DNA of 64,000 nt. Origin: Octopus sinensis. Lineage: Eukaryota. The notes below the pieces were generated by a model. It was not told the origin of the DNA and searched no databases. It was given only the letters and a program-made list of their open reading frames with translations. Both the position numbers and the translations under genes were made by a program. Shown here in pieces: positions 12,637 through 24,383 of this stretch. The stretch spans positions 113,832,001 to 113,896,000 of the forward strand of contig NC_042997.1 of the NCBI RefSeq assembly GCF_006345805.1. The letters run 5' to 3'. Within the stretch, counting starts at the first letter, position 1; the number at the start of each line of letters is the position of its first letter.

Positions 12637-13839
12637 AATATGCATGGATATAAAATAAAATACAATTATTTGTATTTTTTCTTCAAAGTTCAATGAAATT
12701 ATTAAAGAATTATCGGAGAATAATCACTTTTAAGACTTTATTTTCAAAACTACACGAGCCGCTAGAAATAACTAAATTTTCCTAAAATTATACATTACTA
12801 TTTTAGAAAATAAGATATGTATAAGGTTGTTCTAACTTAAATATTCGCAAAAAGAGAGAGAGGGATAAAGAAAAAAAAGGGGATGACCACGGCTGGAACG
12901 TCTTTACTCATACATAGTTCTGCTGGAGAAGGAGCTTAAATAACACTTTCCAAAGAATATAATGAGCTTTTTGTATAGTATTCAAAAAAGCGGGTAGAAA
13001 GACATCAACGGAGGCTAAAAGGTATATACACAATACATAAAAAGAGGGGAAAGTGAGCATTAAGGGTCATGAAGATGAAAGAATGGTTAAGTCAGGGGCA
13101 ATGTCGGTGAATTATGGGAGGCATGGAATCTTTTAACAGCGCAATGTCCTAACAGACTAAGAACTGATATGGGTTATTTAGTCCAGGATTTAAGAATTCT
13201 GATCATAAAAATAATGTTTCCTAAAGTCATGAGTGTCACACTATTTTAATTTTATTTTACAAAGCATGTCTACGATTGGAAGAGATATTGAACTGAAACA
13301 GATGGCCAAACAGCTTGCTGTAAAAATGGTGGATAATTTTTGGGGCTTCTGTCCATTCAATATCTTGACGTCCAAACTACGATAATTATATAAATATTCA
13401 ATAAAGAATGCAAATAAAATATATTTTTTTATAGTAATTGAATAAATGTTCGATGTCATTAATTTAAATGCGACGGTTTTAAACAAAAAATACAAAGATA
13501 TTTAAGAAGTAAAACCGTTGTCCAAACTTACACAGAGATGAACCTGTCGTCTGATTAGGAATGGAAACCGAAGTAATGATTTAAATAGTCAAAAGGATTA
13601 TTACATATCTATCTAATAAATTGTTAAATGAAGATTATCTGTAAATTTTTTGCGAAAATAAAATAATAATTATTAATGAAAAAGCAAAAAGTTGAAAAAA
13701 AATGTATTTCGTGAAACATACTTCGGTAATAATCGTAAAAGTAAATGATTTCGGTAAATAAATCGTAAAAAGAAATAATTTTCAGTAAATGGAATAAACG
13801 AATAATAAATCAATAGAAAATAAAACAAAATTAAATAAA

Positions 13840-14236
13840 TCTTTATATATAAAAGTCAAGTTGTGTGTCTGTCTCCTACCATTTAGATTCCTAACTACTC
13901 CCACATTTTGCGGTGCAGTTTAACCAAAACCGGGTATCTTATAGTCGTGATTCATATCGAGCCCTTCTGGGTATTAGCACGCGTCAACGATGAGTCTACG
14001 ATTTAAAAAAAAATTTACCATCATTTTTTCCATTTTAATGCATTTTTTCGCTATTATATAAGGGAAGTAACTCTCTAAAAATGTCTACGATGAGTCAACG
14101 ATTTAAAAAAAAATTACCATCATTTTTTTTTCCCATTTTTAATGCATTTTTTGCTATTTTTTGGCTATAACACTCTAAAAATGCTTATATAGTTATTTCC
14201 CTTACAAACCCGAGCAACGCCGGGCGATACTGCTAG
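13840..14236 (+). mobile_element. Non-autonomous Helitron
   Basis: A|TC 5' end, subterminal CCCGAGCAACGCCGGG hairpin, CTAG|T 3' end, no TSD. Confidence 0.85.
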
Positions 14237-14351
14237 TTTGTTATAAAACTGAATTGAGACCACCATAATGCCTTATATATATTTTTGTTAATATAATTTA
14301 CAGATATAAATAATAATAATAATAATAATAATATCATCAATAATAATAATA

Positions 14352-14460
14352 ATAATAAAATAATTCTTTATTGGCCACCAGGGCCGAACACAAAACAAAG
14401 AGGACGTTACACAGACGAGAGACAGTGAGGTTAAACGTGTAGGCAACCAACAAACAACAA
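14352..14460 (-). mobile_element. Short 3'-end fragment of the same Tx1-like family
   Basis: Reverse complement ends ...CCCTGGTGGCCAATAAAGAATTA + (ATT)n, matching the 3' end of the 40-44 kb element. Confidence 0.7.
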
Positions 14461-15360
14461 ATATAAAAGAGATTAAATTAACAATATGCTTCCCCAATTG
14501 TGGGTGAGTTCCACAATAAGGTAACCAAAGAGACCTTACGCCCTTTAGACCCCTTAACATAAGGGCCCGGGGACAGGGGGTGCAACGGGTGCACTTGCAG
14601 CCCCTAAAATTTTGTAGGGGTACAAAATTCAATATTGCACCCCCTACTTACCTTTCCCTGACTTAGAAAATAATGTTTAAAAATTGACCTGTAAAAAGTT
14701 GCTTAAAGATAGGTTACTTCACAAAATAAGAAGAAAGAAGTAAAATATATAAAGAAGCCCCCCAAAAAAATCCCTGGAAAGATATATTACTGAACTAAAG
14801 CAACCTCAACATTAAAATCAAAATTATATATACTAGCAGAGATACCTGGCCTTGCTTGGGATTAAAATGGCATAGATTTTTATTGCTTTACTTGTTTCAG
14901 TCATATGACTGCAGCCATGCTGGAACACCGCCGTTGGTTGAAGAAATCGACCACAGGATTTATTCTTTGTAAGCCTAGTACTCATTCTGTCAGTGTCTTT
15001 TACCAAACTGCTAAGTTACAGGAATGTAAACTCAGCAACATCAGTTGTCAAGCAATGGTGGGGGTACAAACACAAGACACGCACACACATACACAAATAT
15101 ACACATATACGACAGTTTTCTTTCCGTTTCTTTCCATTTCCATGTACGAAATCCACTCACAAGGTTTTGGTTTTAGCCCGAGGCTATAATAAGCATATAT
15201 ATATAGGTTATGAGAGGTAATGGTGTCAAGAAGACCCAAAGGTGTCAGGTAATGCTGAGTAAGTGCTATGGACCGACTACAATTAAGCTCCAAGTTTGGT
15301 GATTATGCGAATGAGGAATCCAACGTAGGTCATATATTAGCATGCATATATATAAAAAAT

Positions 15361-15632
15361 TAACAGAATGAGATAAAAATCCAAGGCTGTGAAAGATTTC
15401 AGAACATTTATAAAGAGGTCTTACAGCTGTTTCTGGGATATTTTATATATCCCTTCATTGGAGACAGTGCGAGAAAATGGTTAAGCAATAGTTATTCTAA
15501 AGAACTATTGCTTAACCATTTTCTCGCACTGATGAAGGAATATATGAAATATCCTGGAAACAACTGTAAGACCTTCCCTTTATAAATGTTCTGAAATCTT
15601 TCACAACCTTGGATTTTTATCTCATTCTGTTA
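15361..15632. repeat. Local hairpin (~135-bp arms, 9-nt loop) of a Penelope-like remnant
   Basis: Arms 15361-15493 and 15503-15631 are reverse complements; they contain a CTGATGA...GAAA...GTA core. Confidence 0.8.
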
Positions 15633-15900
15633 GGGCAGCGGTCTCACGGTTTCAATTCCCAGACTGGGTGTTGTGAGTGTTTATTAAGCGAAAACACCTA
15701 AAGCTCCACGAGGTTCCGGCAGGGGGTGGTGGTGATCCCTGCTGTACTCTTTCGCCACAACTTTCTTTCACTCTTTCTTCTGTTGGCCTGCTCACTTAGC
15801 CAGCGGGGTGGCATCATCTGAAGGCTAAAACAATGCGAAGAGCATTGTGACCAGCGATGTGTAGAAACATCTGATAGCCTGGTCGGTCACGGTGACGATG
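15632..15900 (+). mobile_element. SINE with the same head as 4252-4630 but a different 3' tail ending in GATGAT
   Basis: Aligns with 4270-4440, then diverges completely after TCACTCTTTCTTC. Confidence 0.7.
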
Positions 15901-15902
15901 AT

Positions 15903-16556
15903 ATATATCTATAAATGTAATATGTGACAATTATTCGGTAGCCATGATAAAACTCCAAGTTTCGGATACCAAGGTGGAAAAATGCTATGAAAAGTGCATT
16001 TTTCTGGTGGCCGGATAACTGAAGAGATGGCGGCGTGGTTTACCACCTTGGTATCCGAAATTTTGGAGTTTGATCATGGCTACCGAATAATTGTCACATA
16101 TTACAATATATATATATATATATATACATATATTCTTTCGGTGCGAATGGCTTTATTATACGATGCTGCATTTTACAATCCTGTAAATAATAATAATGGT
16201 ATTTTTACATAACCTTAAAGCTTATGCTGTTCACCATGCAATGACTAAGGAAAATAGTCTAATAATGGGGCATATAAGCCCTTGACAAGAAAAAGAAGGC
16301 TTTCCCATCCACATGGGAAGTGAACCCACTTCCCTTTGTTAACATGACTAAGTGTGCTACCTTTACACACGGATGGGAAAGCCTTCTTTTTTCTATAGAG
16401 GGCTTATATGCCCCATTATTAGACTATTTTCCTTAGTCATTGCACAGTGAATGCTATAAACTTTAAGCTTATATAAATACCATTATTATTATTTACAGGA
16501 TTGTAAAATATGGTGTCGTATAACAAAACCATTTGCACCAAAATCATATATATATA
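15903..16556. repeat. Two further adjacent hairpins (arms ~15913-15977/16048-16108 and ~16131-16312/16370-16556) separated by (TA)n
   Basis: Reverse-complement arms read directly from the sequence. Confidence 0.8.
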
Positions 16557-17329
16557 AATATATACACTCACACACACATATATATATATCTGTATATATA
16601 GGGTGACATGCCCAGTAATTCCCGAGAAAGTGGCACATTAAAGCACCCCAGTGTCATGCAAATGGCACCTGTGCCATTGGCACATAAAAGCACCCCAGTG
16701 TCATGCAAATGACACCCATGCCAGTGGAACGTAAAAGCACCCCCAGTGTCATGCAAATGGCACCCTTGCTGGTGACATGTAAAAGCACCCATTATACTCT
16801 TGGAGTGGTTGGCATTAGGAAGGGCATCCAGCCATAGAAAACCATGCCAAATCAGACTGGAGTCTGATGCAGCCTTCCAGCATGCTAGCCCAGTCATACC
16901 ATCCAACCCATGCCAGCATGGACAATGGACATTAAATGATGATGATGATGATGATTTGAAGCATTACTTTTCCATATATAATAATAATAAATCATTATTA
17001 CACCTGTGTTGGTTTTATTCCCCATGACACTGATTCTTCCAGCTTGTTGCCTAGAGTTAGTAATAATAATTAAATTATTGTGTACGGTGCTCAGGTGCAC
17101 TACAACTCATCAAAGGTGCATGTACAGTACATAGAATTATGTACAAAAGACAGGAAAGTGAACAGTGTATGAGTCATGATATACATGTGTATGGAGGGGG
17201 GGATATCAGGTGTAGAGTTGGTGAATTTCAGGAAGCTTGAAGTTGGTGAATTTCAGGATGTAATGTCTCAACAACTAACAACCGATGCAAATAATTTGTT
17301 CCATGCTTCAGCAACTAAACTATATTTCC

Positions 17330-18087
17330 GGGATGAAGTGGTGAAGCACGACCTTCAAACATTAGGCCTCACCAAGGAAATGACTAGCGATCGAGACTTT
17401 TGGAAATATGCTGTGCTTGAGAAGACCCAGCAAGCCAAATGAGACCATAACCTGTGGCCTATGCAAGGAGCGTAACCAGCCCACTTATGCGTACCTTTTC
17501 CTTCTTTGGTCACTAAACTCTGCTTGCGAAGACCGGTTGAGTCAAGTGAAATCAAAACCAAAATCAATTCGATGACTGGCATCCATGCTAGCAGGGTGCA
17601 AAGAGCACCATACAAGTGTGATCGTTGACAGAGCGACTAACTGGCTTCCATGCCAGTGGCACATAAAAGGGCACCATTCAAGTATGATCGTTACCAGCAT
17701 CGCCTTACTGGCACTTGTGCATGTACTAGTAGGGTGCCAAGAGCACCATCCGAGCGTGATCGTTGCCAGAGCAGCCAACTGGCTTCCGTACCCGTGGTAC
17801 GTAAAAGGGCACCATTCAAGTGTGATCGTTACCAACGTCACTTCAGTGGCACGTGTAAAAAGATTCGAGCGAGGTCATTGCCAGTACCACCTGACTGACA
17901 CCTGTGCCGATGGCATGTAAAAAGCACCCACTACACTCTCGGAGTGGTTGGCGTTAGGAAGGGCATCCAGCTGTAGAAACTCTGCCAAATCAAGATTGGA
18001 GACTGGTGCAACAATCTGGTTCGCCAGCCCTCAGTCAAAATTGTCCAACCCATGCTAGCATGGAAAGCGGACGTTAAACGATGATGT
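17330..18087 (+). mobile_element. RTE LINE 3' fragment with ~60-bp subrepeat array
   Basis: DEVVKHDLQTLGLTKEMTSDRDFWKYAVLEKTQQAK* followed by TGGCAC(G/A)TAAAA(A/G)GCACC units and the family tail. Confidence 0.8.
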
Positions 18088-18780
18088 GTGTATGGTAGTG
18101 TCATTTTCATAAAATGTGCTTGACATTCCATTCTATGTACGTGCAAATCCTAGTGCTTTATGGGTTGATGTTCAATACTAGGTTACCAAAATCCACGTGT
18201 TATCTTACAAACCAGAAACAACATTGCAGATTCCTTTCAAGCTGTGGATATAAAAGGGAGCAAACTCTTCCAAACTTTTCACAGTTTAAATACAAAGGAG
18301 GATCGAAAATCTCCAATATCTTAAACGATCAAAGTTGTGACCAGGTGAGGTCATTCAGTATCTCTTATTATAAAAGTCTTATTATAAAAGGCAGATTTTA
18401 TCTGCCTCCCTTTGGGAGTTATACAAATCTACAATATAGGATTTCTTCAATTACAATTTACCTAGCAATTTTAAGAGTACAATGCATCGCGTCATGCCAG
18501 GTCCAGTTTTTTAAATTTAAACTCCAATTAAGCAAAATTTACAGAAAACTCACATTCTGGTGTGTGTGTCAAATGCTTTTCTTAGTCTGGTTTACACCAC
18601 ACGCAAACGCACACACACAGTGGGCAACGAATAAAGTGAAACTAGATGTAATATTTGTTTCTCTCTATCACACTGATAGATACATGAGTAAAATGTATGG
18701 GAAGCTAACACATAAGTGTGAGTGAAAATGTTCTTGGAAGAGAGTAAATAGCCAGAGATAGTGATTTGAGGAACACTCAT

Positions 18781-18817
<37 letters not shown>

Positions 18818-19134
18818 TACATACATACACACATACATACATACATATACATACATACATACACACACACACACATACACACACACACAGTATTGAAGCT
18901 TGAGAACAATCAGATACATTTGCAACACATCTGTTGAAAATATTATTGTTCACACACATACATATACATATATACATACAGACAGACAGACAGATAGACA
19001 CACACACACACACACATGATCCAGCATGGCCACAATCTCAAGGCTGAAACATATAAAAGAATAACAGAATATAAATGTGTGCATGTGTGTGAGAGAGAGA
19101 GTGTGTGTGTATATGTATGTATGTATGTATATAT

Positions 19135-19580
19135 ATATAATAATGCGGTTTTTTCAACAGCTTGAACTAAAAGTCAGAGGGGAATGGGATAAACTACTTA
19201 TATTAACTTGCTATAAAAGCAGGTAGTAATTTTATCTTGTCCTTATTCATAGTGCAAGTTTTGAAGAGTGCATTTCGATTTTAACAGCTATTTTTTTCAA
19301 AGCTATATTGGAACAGCCTAGAAGACGAGCCTCATCCTGAAAGATCTGTAGAACTCGACAAGGACATCCTGAAAACCCTGGTGGAACAAAATCTCATCGT
19401 AACTGTTGAGGAACTAGCAGAGAAGCTTGGATTTGGTCATTCAACCATTCATTGAGACCTGTGTGCTATCGGAAAAGTCAGCAAATTGGGTCAATGGGTT
19501 CCTCACGAACTTTCCGAGTCTAATTGCATGCAGAGAGTGAATGTATGCTTTTCTTTGCTGTCACATCTCACCACTACTGC
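19135..19580 (+). mobile_element. Mariner transposon fragment (pseudogenised transposase N-terminal HTH region)
   Basis: Reads SLEDEPHPERSVELDKDILKTLVEQNLIVTVEELAEKLGFGHSTIH*DLCAIGKVSKLGQWVPHELSE; WVPHEL is the mariner signature. Confidence 0.85.
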
Positions 19581-19590
19581 GCTATGTATA

Positions 19591-20225
19591 TCTATATATA
19601 TAAAACTGTAGTTGTGTGAGTGTCTGTCCCCTTCGATTTAGATTCCTAACTACTCCCACATTTTGCGGTGCAGTTTAACCAAATTCGGGTAGCTTATAGT
19701 CGTGATTCATATCGAGCCCGTCTGAGTATTAGCGCGCGTCTACGATGAGTCTACGATTTTAAAAATAATTTAACATCATTTTTTATTCCATTTTAATGCA
19801 TAATTTTTCGTGTCGATGGCGGCGGAGTTGGCGTCCACGCTCACACCTGCACCTGTGGGGAAGGGAGTGTAAGGAAATCAACGTCGTAATGCGTTGTCAA
19901 GGAGACCAGCGTTCTTTTAGAACAACGACTTCATGGCTTGAAGACACCAAAACAGAAATGGCTAAGAAAGCGTCTACATGAGTCTACGATTTAAAAAAAA
20001 ATTTACCATCGTTTTTTTTCCATTTTAATGCATTTTTTCGCTATTATATAAGGGAAGTAACTCTCTAAAAATGTCTACGATGAGTCAACGATTTTTCAAA
20101 AAATTTACCATCATATTTTTTCCATTTTTAATGCATTTTTGGCTATTTTTTGGCTATAACTCTCTAAAAATGCTTATATAGTTATTTCCCTTACAAACCC
20201 GAGCAACGCCGGGTGATACTGCTAG
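19591..20225 (+). mobile_element. Non-autonomous Helitron (longer member of the same family), truncating the mariner fragment
   Basis: A|TCTATATATA start, shares body with 13840-14236, same hairpin + CTAG|T end, plus ~230 bp extra internal sequence. Confidence 0.85.
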
Positions 20226-21169
20226 TGTTACATATTTAATTGATAGTTAAACAATATTGTTATTGTTAAATTTATATTTATTGTAAACAAATCAAAGAAA
20301 AAGATCCCAACAGAACCCTGGACAAATTTCTTCAAAGGATAAAAAATAAATATCAAATGGAAATTGCAGTTGTGATCCCTGTGCCAGTGGCACGTAAAAA
20401 GCACCATCCGAACGTGGCTGATGCCAGCGCCGCCTTGACTGGCTTCTGTGCTGGTGGCATGTAAAAAGCACCAACCGATCGTGACCGCTGCCAGCCTCCC
20501 CTGGCACCTGTGATGGTGGCACATAAAAAGCACCCACTACACTCACGGAGTGGTTGGCGTTAGGAAGGGCATCCAGCTGTAAAAACTGCCAGATCAGACT
20601 GGAGCCTGGTGCAGCCTCCTGGCTTCCCAGACCCCGGTCGAACCGTCCGACGCATGCTAGCACAGAAAACGGACGTTAAACGATGATGATACCAGATAAG
20701 CCACCTACATACACCTGGATACATCTCAGTAAACAACAACTCCCTATTTGAATGGGCCGTGATACCACAAAACTTAGCAGGTCTTATTAGATGATGCTAT
20801 CAAATTAGACATGGCCTGGGCCAATCTTAGGCTGAAACATATCTAAGTGCAAAATTTGTTTTCTTTAATTTTCATTGTCAGTTTGTGTCAACTTTTCATT
20901 GGTGGAAATGAAGACACTTGGCCTAGTTTGGGTTCTGCTCATATGATTGCAAGATGGTGGCTTCAATTCCTAGAGAGGTTAGTGTATTGTGTTCTTGAGC
21001 AATACATACATACTTGCATGCATACACATACATATGAAAGTCTATCAAATTCATTCACAAAGCATTGGTTGGCCTCTCAGGTTAAAGCCAAAGACACTTG
21101 TGCAAGTGGGACTGAACCCAAAGTCATGTAGTTGGGAAGCAAATTTCTTGACCACACAGCTGTGCCTGC

Positions 21170-22027
21170 ACCTCTACATCATCATCATCGTTTAACGTGT
21201 TTTCCATGCTAGCATGGGTTGGATGGTTCGACCAGGGTCTGGGAAGCCAGAAGGCTGCACCAGGCTCCAGTCTGATCTGGCAATGTTTCTACTGCTGGAT
21301 GCCCTTCCAAACGCCAACCACTCCGTGAGTGTAGTGGGCGATTTATACGTGCCACCTGCACAGGTGCCAGGCGAGGCTGGCAACGGTCACGATCGGTTGG
21401 TGCGTTTTACATGCCACCGGCACAGGGATCACAACTACAATTTCCATTTGATATTTATTTTTTATCCTTTGAAGAAATTTGTCCAGGGTTCTGTTGGGAT
21501 CTTTTTTTTTTATTTGTTTACAATAAATATAAATTTAACAATAACAATATTGTTTAACTATCAATCAAATATGTAACACTGAATGACCTCACCTGGTCAC
21601 AACTTTGATCGTTTAAGATATTGGAGATTTTCGATCCTCCTTTGTATTTAAACTGTGAAAAGTTTGGAAGAGTTTGCTCCCTTTTATATCCACAGCTTGA
21701 AAGGAATCTGCAATGTTGTTTCTGGTTTGTAAGATAACACGTGGATTTTGGTAACCTAGTATTGAACATCAACCCATAAAGCACTAGGATTTGCACGTAC
21801 ATAGAATGGAATGTCAAGCACATTTTATGAAAATGACACTACCATACACACATCATCGTTTAACGTCCGCTTTCCATGCTAGCATGGGTTGGACAATTTT
21901 GACTGAGGGCTGGCGAACCAGATTGTTGCACCAGTCTCCAATCTTGATTTGGCAGAGTTTCTACAGCTGGATGCCCTTCCTAACGCCAACCACTCCGAGA
22001 GTGTAGTGGGTGCTTTTTACGTGCCAA
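21170..22027. repeat. Mosaic of inverted copies of 20226-~20690 and ~17917-18363
   Basis: 21568-22025 is essentially identical to the reverse complement of 17917-18360 (identical ORF-track translations). 21435-21567 is ~97% identical to the reverse complement of 20226-20365. Confidence 0.9.
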
Positions 22028-22484
22028 AACAAAAAAATAGTTTTAAAATCTTAGTATATAATGGTGGCAAGTTTTACCTCAACTAGAAAGTCATTAATGG
22101 AACTATTAGTCCTCTTGCATTCTGGGGGGTATCGGAGCGTTTGAGTGACATTAGACCCCCAACAAACACTCATAAATTAAATGCATCTATCTGGGCCATG
22201 ATCGGGGCCTGTTGACCTTGCCTGACGGCCACAATCGTGGCCCGTTATGCTTTATGTGTTAAAAAGGGTGAGTATTTAAGTTTTAGCTCTGTGGCAGAAT
22301 TTCTCTCTACAGCAATTGTTGTCTGGCTATTAATTGAAACTAAAGAGAGAGAGCCATCCCTACACATGAATAGGGTTTGGTAACAAGAACTATGCTTTTA
22401 CAAATTGTTTAAGCCTTTAGCATTAAAATTATTTCAGTATTAAGTTTTCTTGTCCTTTTGGTATGTCTCTCTTTCTATAATAAT

Positions 22485-22705
22485 AATAATGAAATTATTG
22501 TATACAGTGCTTAGATGCACCACAACTTGTCAAACAGTGCGTATAAAGTATATGCAGTCTCAGGAAGAATGGAAGTTTTGAAGGATGCAGCGCTCCGACA
22601 ACTAACAACTGATACCGGCAGTTTGTTCCATACTTCAGCAACTCTTAGCATGAAAAATGTTTCCGAAAGTCATAGGAGCTGTGCTGTTTTCTTCTTAAAT
22701 ATGTG
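22485..22705 (-). mobile_element. CR1/L2-type LINE 3' fragment; related fragments at ~17045-17330, 54060-54330, 10830-11200 and 12960-13400
   Basis: Reverse strand reads HSSYDFRKHFS.LRVAEVWNKLPVSVV-type C-terminus followed by a (TAT/ATT)n tail. Confidence 0.7.
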
Positions 22706-23078
22706 GTTTTGACAGTTTTTACTTCATTTTATTACTTGGAAACGGGTAAAGGTTGGTAACAGGAAAGGCATCCAACTATAGAAAGACTCCTTCACTGAAT
22801 TCTGTCTGACTCATGCAAACATGAGTTCAGATGATATGATATTCATTGCAATGATGATGATGATGATAGTTATTTACAATCCAGATTAAAGCAAACTCTG
22901 AAAACAAAATATTATTCCATTTGAAAAATTGCAAACGTAAACTATAAGCCACACTGAGAAGACTAAATATGTTGTTTAACCTCCTATGTACATATTAATA
23001 AACACCATAACTGCATAGAAATAAGCAAAATATTGTCATTAATAATGATACAATAAGGCACTGGTAAAAACAAAGGAA

Positions 23079-23084
23079 TTTATT
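23079..23084 (-). terminator. Candidate polyadenylation signal AATAAA of the MIase-like gene
   Basis: AATAAA on the minus strand just after the stop codon; implies a very short 3' UTR if used. Confidence 0.45.
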
Positions 23085-23091
23085 TGGTAAA

Positions 23092-23247
23092 CTACAAATT
23101 TTCCTTCATCACTTTTTTGGAGTAATCATCTAAGACTTGAAGAGCTCGGCAATGGATTTTCACTCCGTATGGTGTCAAAACTGAGGACAACATAAAGGAG
23201 AGTTTATCAACGTCGCCAGGGTCTTCTACAGCCAGGAATAAATGAAA
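23092..23247 (-). CDS. Terminal coding exon 5 (FHLFLAVEDPGDVDKLSFMLSSVLTPYGVKIHCRALQVLDDYSKKVMKENL*) of the MIase-like gene
   Basis: TTTTCTTTTCTTTTTCTATTTTAG acceptor, 51 codons + TAG, with AATAAA 8 nt after the stop. Confidence 0.87.
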   Translation of the reverse strand, partial: FHLFLAVEDPGDVDKLSFMLSSVLTPYGVKIHCRALQVLDDYSKKVMKENL

Positions 23248-24267
23248 CTAAAATAGAAAAAGAAAAGAAAAACAATCAATTCAAATACATTAATAAAAAG
23301 AGTTTTCATGCCAAACAACAAAAGACATTTAAATTAAGGTAAAATCACAGTAAATGTCAAGAACAAATAGTTCTTTAAAACAAATTCCTGGTTTCTCTAA
23401 TTATCTGTTGATTAAAATATTGCTGAAAATTTAAGATTTCTCTATGTCTCCCATTCATTCTCTCCCTTGTGCCATACAAGTGTTGGCAATTATGGACCTC
23501 TTCAGCAAATTGAAAATTCATGATTTTCCTTGAGCAAGATACAGCAGTGGTTCCCTGTTGCCTTCTGCCAGTTTACTTAACTAGGCTCCTCCTCTCATTA
23601 GCCTTGAGGTATAGGGCCTATTTAGCCCTTATGCCAGAGGACTAAGTTCATATGAAATTAAAGTATGTTCACAGACTAATGAACACAAGTGACATCTATA
23701 AGACCTATATTTGTTGAGCCACAGGACCATCTTCTGCTATCTGACCCTAACTGGGACCCTTGACAAGTTCCACCACTCCAGATCAGCTAACTTCAAATAC
23801 CTCTCACAAATTAAATTTAGGATCTACACTAATTAAATATGACTGATAAGTCAAAAAGTGGCAACCTGAATGTAAACAGACAAAGCTATTCCACTATCAT
23901 GAGCAACCTTTGGCTAACATGGCTTTATGAAACAATATAAATCAGGCGGCGCTACTAAAAGAAGAATTTAACAAACATCATAAATGGTTATATTTTCACT
24001 GATTGATAATTCAGGAAATCAACCAGCTCCACCAAACCTTTATTGTGAAAAATCCTGAATGAATGAGAGGGAGAGAAAGAAATGAAATCATTTAAATTAA
24101 CCAAACCAGACCTAGCAATTATGTTACAAAATTTTAGTAAAAAAACTGTTATATAATGATATCAAATGTGCCATATAATGTGTTATAAGAGTCCACAAGC
24201 TGCCCAAGTTCAGGTCAAGACTAATGAAATGAAACCAAATTATTTTGTAAAATAAAAGTTTCTCCAC

Positions 24268-24383
24268 CTTTTGTTCAGCAACAACTTTGTAGATGTCCAT
24301 CTCAAGATGTTGTTGAGCTCGGTAGCTCAGTACAACTGAAGCACCATCTTTCCATTTCTCAAGAGTTTCATTCACTGTGTCAC
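24268..24383 (-). CDS. Coding exon 4 (116 nt; DTVNETLEKWKDGASVVLSYRAQQHLEMDIYKVVAEQK) of the MIase-like gene
   Basis: GTTTTCGTTTCAG acceptor and AAG|GTGGAG donor (weak consensus). Phase 1 in, 0 out, matching both neighbours. Overlaps ORF 24124..24375. Confidence 0.82.

Larger units (their letters stand above)
8040..13830. repeat. Old direct tandem duplication: ~8040-11600 (interrupted by the three MITEs) versus ~12545-13830
   Basis: Collinear shared blocks such as TTTTTCTTCAAAGTTCAATGAAATTATTAAA, AAGAACTGAT(G/A)TGGGTTATTT and CAGAGATGAACCTGTCGTCTGAT. Roughly 70-75% identity by eye. Confidence 0.8.

Noticed and set aside
18114-18725. 203-aa ORF, longest outside the LINE
   Set aside because: No splice context or recognisable motifs; it crosses the duplication breakpoint and low-complexity DNA.
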